A stretch of 64,000 nucleotides of DNA, taken from assembly GCA_021325435.1 (NCBI GenBank), contig JAJPHE010000072.1, positions 1,666 through 65,665 of the forward strand, read 5' to 3'. The first letter of the stretch is position 1, and every line of letters starts with the position of its first letter. Origin of the DNA: Actinomycetota bacterium (lineage in GTDB: Bacteria; Actinomycetota; Acidimicrobiia; Acidimicrobiales; JAJPHE01). Shown one piece after another: positions 56,724 through 64,000 of this stretch. The notes under the pieces are model-generated. The model was not told the DNA's origin, ran no database searches, and saw only the letters and a list, made by a program, of their open reading frames with translations. The position numbers were made by a program, and so were the translations under genes.

Positions 56724-58441
56724 TGCGCACCCACTACTGTGGCCAGCTCGGGCGGCCCGACGTCGGGACCGAGGTGGCGGTGTGCGGCTGGGTGGCGCGC
56801 CGGCGCGAGCACGGCGAGCATCTGGCCTTCGTCGACCTGCGCGATCACACCGGCGTGATCCAGTGCGTGGTGGACGGGGCCCACGACGTGCGCAGCGAGC
56901 AGGTGCTGCGCATCACCGGCGTCGTGCGCCTCCGACCAGAGGGCACGGCCAACCCCAACCTCGGGACCGGCGAGATCGAGATCGGCGACTGCGAGGTGGA
57001 GCTGCTGGCGGCGGCCGAACCTCCCCCGTTCCCGGTGGCCGACGACGTCGACGCCGACGAGAGTGTCCGGCTCCGTCACCGCTACGTCGACCTGCGCCGG
57101 CCGCGGATGCAGCGCAACCTGCGCATCCGGGCCGCGGTGAACTCGGCACTGCGCTCAGCCATGGAGGCCCTGGGCTTCGTCGAGGTCGAGACCCCGCTGC
57201 TGTGGACGCCGACCCCTGAGGGCGCCCGCGAGTTCGCCGTGCCGTCGCGCCTGCAGCCCGGATCGTTCTACGTGCTGCCCCAGAGCCCCCAGATCGCCAA
57301 GCAGCTGCTGATGGTGAGCGGGTTCGACCGCTACTTCCAGATCGCCCGCTGCTTGCGCGACGAGGACCTGCGGGCCGACCGCCAGTTCGAGTTCACCCAG
57401 CTCGACCTCGAGGCATCCTTCGTGACCCAGGACGACGTGCTCGGCTTCGTGTCCGACGCGGTGCTCGCCGCCGCCAGGGCGGTCACCGGGGAGTCAACTC
57501 CGCCCATCGACCGGCTCACCTGGTCCGACGCCATGGACCGGTACGGCACCGACAAGCCCGACCTCCGGTTTGGCATGGAGCTGGTGGAGCTCACCGACCT
57601 GTTCGCCTCCACCGAGTTCAAGGCCTTCCGGGCCCCGTGTGTGAAGGGTCTCCTGGTGTCCGGGGCCGGCGACTGGTCGCGCAGCCGCCTCGACGGCCTG
57701 GTGGACCGGGCCAAGGCCCTCGGGGCCAAGGGGCTGGTGTGGATGAAGGCGGTGGGCGGCGCCCCAGAGCTCGAGTCGCCCATCACCAAGTTCCTGTCCC
57801 CGGCCGAGATCTCCGGCATCCTCACCGCCACCGGCGCCGCCCCCGGCGACCTGGTGCTGGTGGTGGCCGACGAGCGCCGGGTGGCCCAGACGGTTATGGG
57901 CCAGCTCCGTAACGACCTCGGCCGCCCACCCGTGGGCGACGGCCCCTACCGCTACGTGTGGATCGTCGAGTTCCCCCTGTTCGAGGCCCTCGACGACGAG
58001 GGGCGCCCGGTGCCGGCCCACCACCCGTTCACCATGCCCCACCCCGACGACTTCGACCTGCTGGACACCGACCCTCTGGCCGTGCGCTCCCAGTCCTACG
58101 ACCTGGTCCTCAACGGGTGGGAGCTGGGTTCGGGCAGCATCCGGATCCACCGTCCCGACATCCAGGAGCGGATCTTCCGCACCCTCGGCATCAGCGACGA
58201 GGAGGCCGCCGCCCGCTTCGGCTTCCTGCTCGGGGCCTTCCGGTACGGGGCGCCGCCCCACGGAGGCTTCGCGGTGGGCATCGACCGGCTGGTGGCGGTG
58301 CTCGCCGGCGAGGAGAACATCCGCGAGGTCATCGCCTTCCCGAAGACCCAGTCGGGGGCCGATCCCCTGACCGGAGCGCCCAAGCCCCTGGCGACCCGGG
58401 CCCTCGCCGACCTCGGAATCCGGCTGGCCCCGAGAACCTGA
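56723..58441 (+). CDS. aspS: Aspartate--tRNA ligase
   Basis: The ATG shares one base with the hisS TGA. MRTHYCGQL...LAFVDLRDHTGVIQ...LRHRYVDLRR...QSPQIAKQLLMVSG...CLRDEDLRADRQFEFTQLD...GGFAVGIDRLV. Confidence 0.95.
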   Translation: MRTHYCGQLGRPDVGTEVAVCGWVARRREHGEHLAFVDLRDHTGVIQCVVDGAHDVRSEQVLRITGVVRLRPEGTANPNLGTGEIEIGDCEVELLAAAEPPPFPVADDVDADESVRLRHRYVDLRRPRMQRNLRIRAAVNSALRSAMEALGFVEVETPLLWTPTPEGAREFAVPSRLQPGSFYVLPQSPQIAKQLLMVSGFDRYFQIARCLRDEDLRADRQFEFTQLDLEASFVTQDDVLGFVSDAVLAAARAVTGESTPPIDRLTWSDAMDRYGTDKPDLRFGMELVELTDLFASTEFKAFRAPCVKGLLVSGAGDWSRSRLDGLVDRAKALGAKGLVWMKAVGGAPELESPITKFLSPAEISGILTATGAAPGDLVLVVADERRVAQTVMGQLRNDLGRPPVGDGPYRYVWIVEFPLFEALDDEGRPVPAHHPFTMPHPDDFDLLDTDPLAVRSQSYDLVLNGWELGSGSIRIHRPDIQERIFRTLGISDEEAAARFGFLLGAFRYGAPPHGGFAVGIDRLVAVLAGEENIREVIAFPKTQSGADPLTGAPKPLATRALADLGIRLAPRT

Positions 58442-58575
58442 CCCACCTCGACGGCCCTGCGGGGGGCCCGGGGGGAGGCTGGCTATGCTCGGCGGGCCCT
58501 GCGACCGGGCGGACGCCGGGGCCGCCCACTCCCAGGAGGTCTTCAACAGCTGATGTTCACCACTGCGACCGTCGC

Positions 58576-58965
58576 ATGAGCGCCGGCGACATAGGCGCCG
58601 CCGTCGGAGGGGGGGTCGGCCTGGTCGTGGCGGCCGTGCTGGTGTGGGCGGTCCTGTCGCTGCGCCGGGCGGTCGACGGGCTCGAGCGGGCCGTCGAAGC
58701 CGCCCGGGGCACGGCCGAGGAGGTCCGCGACGGGGCCGTCCCCCTGCTCGGTCAGATGCGCGAGATCGCATCCCGGACCGAGGGCGAGCTGGCCCGGATG
58801 GACGACCTCCTGCAGACGGCGTCGTCGATATCGGTGACCGTCGACTCGGCGTCGAGGCTGGCCTATCTCGCCTTCTCGAACCCGGTGATCAAGGCGCTCG
58901 CCTTCGCCTCCGGCACGGGACGGGCGGTCTCGCGCCTGCGCCGGCGCCGCGAGGACGGACGCTAG
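58576..58965 (+). CDS. DUF948-like small membrane-anchored coiled-coil protein
   Basis: From ATG 58576: N-terminal TM helix GGGVGLVVAAVLVWAVLSL, then helical RRAVDGLERAVEAARGTAEEVRD.... The track ORF 57958 is a run-on inside aspS. Confidence 0.6.
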   Translation: MSAGDIGAAVGGGVGLVVAAVLVWAVLSLRRAVDGLERAVEAARGTAEEVRDGAVPLLGQMREIASRTEGELARMDDLLQTASSISVTVDSASRLAYLAFSNPVIKALAFASGTGRAVSRLRRRREDGR

Positions 58966-58969
58966 GCCC

Positions 58970-59209
58970 GTGTTCAAGCGGCTGTTCTGGCTGGCGGTGG
59001 GCACCGGGCTCGGGTTCGGGCTGTCGTTCTGGCTCACCCGCTTCATCCGCTCCACCGTCGAGCGCTACACGCCCGAACGGGTCTCATCCGATCTGGCCAG
59101 CGCCATGCGACGCCTCGGAGAGGACATCCGAGCGGCGGTGCAGGAAGGGCGCGAGGCCATGCGCGAGCGAGAGGCGGAACTGCGGGAGTCGATGCAGGGC
59201 CGCCGGTAG
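58970..59209 (+). CDS. Small membrane protein (one TM helix plus charged helix), function unknown
   Basis: MFKRLFWLAVGTGLGFGLSFWL..., then REAMREREAELRE. Coding-like GC3. Confidence 0.55.
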   Translation: MFKRLFWLAVGTGLGFGLSFWLTRFIRSTVERYTPERVSSDLASAMRRLGEDIRAAVQEGREAMREREAELRESMQGRR

Positions 59210-59221
59210 GCTCGACGGGCC

Positions 59222-61807
59222 ATGGACGCGGAACAGCTCCGCCGGGCCTTCACCGGCTTTTTCGAGGAGCGGGGGCACACCCGGTTGCCCTCGGCGAGCC
59301 TCATCCCGCACCACCCGGCCGCGCCCCTCCTGACCCCCGCCGGCATGGTTCCGTTCATCCCCATCTTCCTGGGTGAGGAGCGCCCCGCCCACAAGCGGGC
59401 CACCAGCGTCCAGAAATGCTTCCGCACCGCCGACGTGGAGATCGTCGGGCGCACGACGAGGCACCTCACCTTCTTCGAGATGCTGGGCAACTTCAGCTTC
59501 GGTGACTACTTCAAGGAGCTGGCCATCCCCTTCGCGTGGGAGCTGGTCACCGGTCCGCTCGGAGTCGACGGGGACCGTCTCTGGGTGAGCGTCCACGAGA
59601 CCGACGACGACGCCGCCGCCATCTGGTCCGACACCGTCGGCGTGCCCGCCCAGCGCATCCAGCGCATGGGCGAGGACAACTTCTGGGAGATGCAGAAGGG
59701 GGCGCCGGGGCCGTGCGGAGTCTCCTCCGAGCTCTACTACGACAAGGGCGACGAGTTCGGGGAAGGTGGCGGCCCCGCCGTCGGCGGCGACGAGCGTTAC
59801 GTCGAGATCTGGAACCTCGTGTTCATGCAGTCGCAGCGCCTGGCCGACGGCACCATCGTCGACCTGCCCCGCAAGAACATCGACACCGGCGCCGCGTTGG
59901 AGCGCATCCTGCCCATCAGCGCCGGCAAGCCGTCCGTGTTCGACACCGACGTCCTCCGGCCCATCGTCGCCGCGGCCGAGTCGGCCACCGGCCGCCGCTA
60001 CGGGGACGACGAAGAGGGCGACGTCGCCCTGCGGGTGATGGCCGACCACGCCCGGGGGATGGCGTTCCTCGTGGCCGACGGGGTGCTTCCCTCCAACGAG
60101 GGACGGGGCTACGTACTGCGTCGGGTGATCCGCCGGGCCGTGCAGCGGGCCTACCAGCTCGGATCCGAGAAGCTGGTCACCCCCACCCTGGTCGCGTCGG
60201 TCGTCGAGGTGCTGGGCGGGGCGTGGCCGGAGCTGACCGAGTCCGCCGACCTGATCACCGACATCGTCAGCCGCGAAGAGGAGCGCTTCCGCCAGACGCT
60301 GCGCTCCGGGTTCGCCCTGCTGGACGAGGCCCTGGCCGCCGGCAACCGGACCATCGCCGGCGACGTCGCCTTCCGCCTCCACGACACCTACGGCTTCCCC
60401 ATCGAGCTCACCCGCGAGATCGCCGAGGAGCGGGGCGTGGAGGTCGACGTCACCGGCTTCGAGGCGGAGATGGCGGAGCAGCGCCGTCGGGCCCGCCGTC
60501 ACGCCAAGGAGGGGGCGGGCGCCGCCTCGGCCGACGAGCGCTACCGGGCACTCGTCGACGAGCACGGCCCGACCGAGTTCGTGGGCTACGAGGTCACCGA
60601 GGCGGCGGCCCGGATCCTCGCCGTGCTGGCCAGCGAGGGGGACACCGTCGAGGTGTTCCTCGACCGCACCCCCTTCTACGCCGAGGGCGGCGGTCAGGTC
60701 GGTGACGCCGGCACCATCACCACGCCCACCGGCACGGTCGAGGTCACCGACACCAACTCGGCGCTGCCCGGTCTGCACCGTCACCTCGGACGGGTGGTCG
60801 AAGGTGAGGTAACGGCCGGGCAGGAGGCCACGGCGACGGTGGACGCCGACCGGCGCCGGGCCACCATGCGCAACCACACCGGCACCCACCTGTTGCACTG
60901 GGCCCTGCGCGAGGTGCTCGGCGATCACGTCAAGCAGCAGGGCTCCTACGTCGGGCCCGACCGCCTCCGCTTCGATTTCAGCCACTTCTCCGCCCCGACC
61001 CGTCAGGAGCTGGCCCGGGTCGAGGAGCTGGTCAACCTGGCCGTCATCTCCGACGCGCCCGTCCTCACCGAGGAGACCTCCATGAAGGAGGCCCGGTCCC
61101 GCGGCGCCATCGCCTTCTTCGGTGACAAGTACGGCGACATGGTGCGGATGGTGCGGGCCGGCGAGCGCTCGCTCGAGCTGTGCGGAGGCACCCACGTTCC
61201 CGCCCTCGGAATGATCGGCCCGGTGCGCATCGTGTCCGAGTCGTCGATCGGGGCCAACACCCGCCGGATCGAAGCGCTCACCGGCGAGGCGGCGCTCGAC
61301 CGGATCGCCGCCGAGGAGCAGCTCCTCGAGCGGCTGGCCGCCCAGCTGAACGCCCGGCCCGACGAGCTGCCCGACGCCGTTGAGCGCCTTGTCGAAGGCA
61401 AGCGGGCCGCCGACGAGGAGCTCCGCAGCGTCCGTCGGCGGGGGCTGGCCGAGCAGGCGGCACAACTGGCCGCCGCCGCCGAGGACGGCGCCGTGGTGGC
61501 CCGGGTCGACGGGTTGCCGCCTGATCAGCTGCGCGAGCTGGCCACGTCCGTGCGGTCGGCGCCCGGCGTCGACGTGGTGGTCCTCGGGGGCAGCCCCGAC
61601 GGACAGCGGGCGTCGCTGGTGTCGGCCGTGGCCAAGGGCTCCGGCCTGGTCGCCTCCGACCTCATCACCGAGGCGGCCCGGACCGTGCAGGGCGGCGGAG
61701 GGCGCCACGCCGAGCTCGCCACCGCCGGGGGCCGCGACGCCTCGCGCCTGGACGAGGCCCTCGATGGCGTGAGGCGCACCGTGGCGGAGGCCCGGCGCTC
61801 CGGGTGA
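59222..61807 (+). CDS. alaS: Alanine--tRNA ligase
   Basis: FFEERGHTRLPSASL...FFEMLGNFSFGDYFK...YVEIWNLVFMQ. Editing site HTGTHLLHWALR...CGGTHV. C-terminal DHHA1-like region. Confidence 0.95.
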   Translation: MDAEQLRRAFTGFFEERGHTRLPSASLIPHHPAAPLLTPAGMVPFIPIFLGEERPAHKRATSVQKCFRTADVEIVGRTTRHLTFFEMLGNFSFGDYFKELAIPFAWELVTGPLGVDGDRLWVSVHETDDDAAAIWSDTVGVPAQRIQRMGEDNFWEMQKGAPGPCGVSSELYYDKGDEFGEGGGPAVGGDERYVEIWNLVFMQSQRLADGTIVDLPRKNIDTGAALERILPISAGKPSVFDTDVLRPIVAAAESATGRRYGDDEEGDVALRVMADHARGMAFLVADGVLPSNEGRGYVLRRVIRRAVQRAYQLGSEKLVTPTLVASVVEVLGGAWPELTESADLITDIVSREEERFRQTLRSGFALLDEALAAGNRTIAGDVAFRLHDTYGFPIELTREIAEERGVEVDVTGFEAEMAEQRRRARRHAKEGAGAASADERYRALVDEHGPTEFVGYEVTEAAARILAVLASEGDTVEVFLDRTPFYAEGGGQVGDAGTITTPTGTVEVTDTNSALPGLHRHLGRVVEGEVTAGQEATATVDADRRRATMRNHTGTHLLHWALREVLGDHVKQQGSYVGPDRLRFDFSHFSAPTRQELARVEELVNLAVISDAPVLTEETSMKEARSRGAIAFFGDKYGDMVRMVRAGERSLELCGGTHVPALGMIGPVRIVSESSIGANTRRIEALTGEAALDRIAAEEQLLERLAAQLNARPDELPDAVERLVEGKRAADEELRSVRRRGLAEQAAQLAAAAEDGAVVARVDGLPPDQLRELATSVRSAPGVDVVVLGGSPDGQRASLVSAVAKGSGLVASDLITEAARTVQGGGGRHAELATAGGRDASRLDEALDGVRRTVAEARRSG

Positions 61808-62211
61808 GGGTGGTCGCCCTTGACCTCGGCACCCGCCGGATCGGGCTGGCCGTGAGCGATCCGACCGGCACAGTGGCCTCGCCCCTCGCCGTGGTCGACC
61901 GCCGGGGCGACCGCGAGGCCGAGCACACCGAGGTGGCCCGGTGGGTGGGGGAGGCCGGCGCCGCTCTCGTTCTCGTCGGGTTGCCCCTGTCCCTGTCCGG
62001 CCGGACCGGGCCCGCCGCCCGCGCCGCCCTGGAGGAGGTCGAACAGCTCCGTCAGCGCCTCGAGGTGCCGGTGGAGACGGCCGACGAGCGGTTCACGACG
62101 GTCACCGCCACCCGCGCCCTGCGCCAGTCGCGCCGCCGCCGCCCCGAGCGGGGAGCGGTCGACCAGGCCGCCGCCGCCGTGCTCCTTCAAGCCTGGCTGG
62201 ACGGTAGGTGA
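61804..62211 (+). CDS. ruvX: YqgF/RuvX-family putative pre-16S rRNA nuclease (Holliday junction resolvase-like)
   Basis: GTGA overlap. MRVVALDLGTRRIGLAVSDPTGTVASPL...VVGLPLSLSG...DERFTT...D..AAAV.LQ.WL. Confidence 0.9.
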   Translation: MRVVALDLGTRRIGLAVSDPTGTVASPLAVVDRRGDREAEHTEVARWVGEAGAALVLVGLPLSLSGRTGPAARAALEEVEQLRQRLEVPVETADERFTTVTATRALRQSRRRRPERGAVDQAAAAVLLQAWLDGR

Positions 62212-63251
62212 CCGCCCGCCTCCGCCCCCCGGGGGGGACCTGGGCCCGGGCGATCCTCGTGGTGGCGGCCGTGGGACTGGCCCTCGTCGCGGGCCTGGTC
62301 GCCTGGGCCGAGCACCAGATGAATCCGGCCGGGGCGCCCGGCCCGCCCGTGGACGTCGACATACCGATGGGCACCTCCACCCACGGCATCGCCAACCTGC
62401 TGGCGAGCAGGGGGGTCATCAGCAACTCGACCCTGTTCCTCGTCTACCTCAAGCTGAAGGGTGGCGGGCCGTTCCAGGCGGGCGTCTACTCGCTGCACCG
62501 CCCCGAGACCTACTCCGCCGTCGTCCACGACCTGTCCGCGTCCCAGGGCTACCGGCTGACCGTCCCCGAGGGGTTCACCGCCGCCCAGATCGCCGACCGG
62601 GTCGGCCACATCCGGGGCCATGACGCCGGGAACTTCCTGGCCGTGGCCACCGGCAAGGTCGCCTGCCCGGGCCTGCGCTCGCCGTACGAGCCGGCCGGGG
62701 GCGACCTCGAGGGGCTCCTGTTCCCCGACACCTACCGGATCAACCCGGACGAGAGCGACTGCGAGATCGCCCGCACCATGGTCGACCACTTCGACGTGGT
62801 CGCCCGGACCATCGGCCTTGACCGGGCCCCGGCCACCGTGGGGCTGACGCCCTACCAGGCGGTGATCGTGGCGTCGATGGTCGAGCGCGAGGCGAAGCTG
62901 GCCTCCGACCGGAGCCTCGTCGCCGAGGTCATCTACAACCGCCTGAAGCGGGGCATGCGGCTGCAGGTCGACGCCACCGTCCTCTACGCCGTGGGCGCCT
63001 CGCGACCGGGCGGCCCAACGGCGGCCGAGCTCGGAGTGGACTCGCCGTACAACACCTACCGGGTGGCCGGGCTGCCACCGACCCCGATCGCCTCGCCCGG
63101 AAAGGCCGCCCTCGAGGCTGCCCTCGCCCCCGCCCAGGGCGACTTCCTCTACTACGTGGTGGTGCAGGCCGACGGCAAGGAGGCGTTCTCGCCGACCCTC
63201 GCCGGCCAGGACGCCAACATCCGCCTGGCCCAGCAGCGGGGGCTGCGGTGA
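62208..63251 (+). CDS. mltG: Endolytic murein transglycosylase MltG (YceG-like)
   Basis: N-terminal TM helix. EGLLFPDTY...ASMVEREA...VIYNRL...LQVDATV.Y...SPYNTY...GLPPTPIASPG..AL.A... Confidence 0.9.
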   Translation: MTARLRPPGGTWARAILVVAAVGLALVAGLVAWAEHQMNPAGAPGPPVDVDIPMGTSTHGIANLLASRGVISNSTLFLVYLKLKGGGPFQAGVYSLHRPETYSAVVHDLSASQGYRLTVPEGFTAAQIADRVGHIRGHDAGNFLAVATGKVACPGLRSPYEPAGGDLEGLLFPDTYRINPDESDCEIARTMVDHFDVVARTIGLDRAPATVGLTPYQAVIVASMVEREAKLASDRSLVAEVIYNRLKRGMRLQVDATVLYAVGASRPGGPTAAELGVDSPYNTYRVAGLPPTPIASPGKAALEAALAPAQGDFLYYVVVQADGKEAFSPTLAGQDANIRLAQQRGLR

Positions 63252-64000
63252 ACGCCGGCCCGTCGTGGCCCACGGCGTCGACGCGGCTGGCGGCGGTCAT
63301 CGGTGATCCGGTCCGCCACTCCCTGTCGCCCGCCCTGCACAACGCGGCGTTCCGGGCCGTCGGAGCCGACTGGGTCTACGTGGCCCTGCCCGTGCCGGCC
63401 GGCAGGGCCGCCGAGGCGGTCGCCGGCATGCGGGCCCTGGGCGTCGGCGGGTTGTCGGTGACCATGCCCCACAAGTCGGAGGTCGCCCGGCTGGTCGACC
63501 GGCTGTCGCCGACCGCCGAGCGCCTCGGCGCCGTCAACACCGTGGTTCCCTCAGGCCATGAGCTCGTCGGGGAGAACACCGACGGCGACGGCTTCGTCGA
63601 CTCCCTGCGCTTCGACCGGGGCATCGACCCGGCCGGCATGCGGGCCGTCGTCATCGGGGCGGGCGGCGCCGCCCGGGCGGTGGTTCTGGCCCTCGCCGCC
63701 GCCGGGGCGGCCCAGATCGTGGTGGTGAACCGTACGGCCGAGCGGGCCGGGGAGGCGGCCGCCCTGGCCGGGGAACGGGGCCGAGCGGGGATCGTCGACG
63801 ACGTGGCCGAGGCCGACCTGGTGGTCAACGCCACGCCCGTCGGCATGGAACGGACCGTGGTGGACCTGGCCACGGCCCAGCCGGTCCCCGAGGAGCTGCC
63901 CTTCCCGGGGGACCTGCTGTCACCGGGTCAGGTGGTGGTGGACCTGGTGTACCACCCCACCATCACCCCCCTGCTCCGGGAGGCTCGGGCCCGAGGCGCG
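63248..64000 (+). CDS. aroE: Shikimate dehydrogenase, partial (runs off the right edge)
   Basis: My own translation from GTG 63248 (GTGA overlap with mltG) is open to base 64000: AAVIGDPVRHSLSPALHNAAF...LSVTMPHK...LGAVNTVV...GENTDGDGF...VVIGAGGAARAV...NRT...VVNATPVGM. Absent from the track because there is no in-window stop. Confidence 0.85.
   Translation, partial: MNAGPSWPTASTRLAAVIGDPVRHSLSPALHNAAFRAVGADWVYVALPVPAGRAAEAVAGMRALGVGGLSVTMPHKSEVARLVDRLSPTAERLGAVNTVVPSGHELVGENTDGDGFVDSLRFDRGIDPAGMRAVVIGAGGAARAVVLALAAAGAAQIVVVNRTAERAGEAAALAGERGRAGIVDDVAEADLVVNATPVGMERTVVDLATAQPVPEELPFPGDLLSPGQVVVDLVYHPTITPLLREARARGA

Noticed and set aside
59207-59224. TAGGCT hexamer upstream of the alaS ATG as another leaderless promoter.
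   Set aside because: The spacing is 9 nt rather than 6-7, and the TAG is the stop codon of the preceding small gene. Co-transcription with the upstream genes is more likely.

Overview
Very GC-rich segment (about 70% by eye, not computed) of an actinobacterial chromosome. The mycothiol ligase mshC, the F420 reductase npdG, the PI/PIM lipid genes pgsA, patA-like and pimA, and abundant leaderless-type starts all point to Actinomycetota. I call about 57 protein genes, no rRNA, tRNA or CRISPR, and one partial ISL3 insertion sequence at the left edge. From about 33 kb onward the window is a housekeeping block: mshC, thrS, HIT, pgsA, patA-like, pimA, pdxS, pdxT, yebC, ruvCAB, queA, tgt, yajC, secDF, apt, relA, hisS, aspS, alaS, ruvX, mltG, aroE. 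From memory this block is collinear with M. tuberculosis Rv2614c to Rv2552c. Many junctions are 4-nt ATGA/GTGA overlaps. The left 33 kb is more accessory. It holds an intein-containing radical SAM gene, a glycogen-debranching-family enzyme, a GGDEF cyclase, a GH3 glycosidase, a LigC/Prim-PolC repair pair, an esterase, a prenyltransferase, crotonases, an aldehyde dehydrogenase, an unusual 4-gene ABC importer, and an orphan Wzt-type ATPase. I did not find a clear multi-gene defence-island-type novelty. The observations I rank highest are: (1) a 165-aa mini-intein inserted exactly at the third Cys of the CX3CX2C motif of an SplB/Rv2578c-like radical SAM protein, whose leaderless promoter carries a palindromic SOS (LexA) operator and sits next to the IS; (2) a compact-genome-atypical ~390-nt non-coding leader with mutually exclusive helices, followed by a small ORF translationally coupled to ligC; (3) an atypical Liv-type ABC operon with a tethered Cys-rich binding protein, fused permeases, reversed-order fused ATPases and an extra anchored protein; (4) a 1-nt frameshift in pimA; (5) a recurrent TANNNT hexamer 6-7 nt upstream of about 8 start codons. 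The many long ORFs in the track that run antisense to conserved genes are GC-composition artefacts. The two edge genes (transposase, aroE) are missing from the track because they lack an in-window stop.
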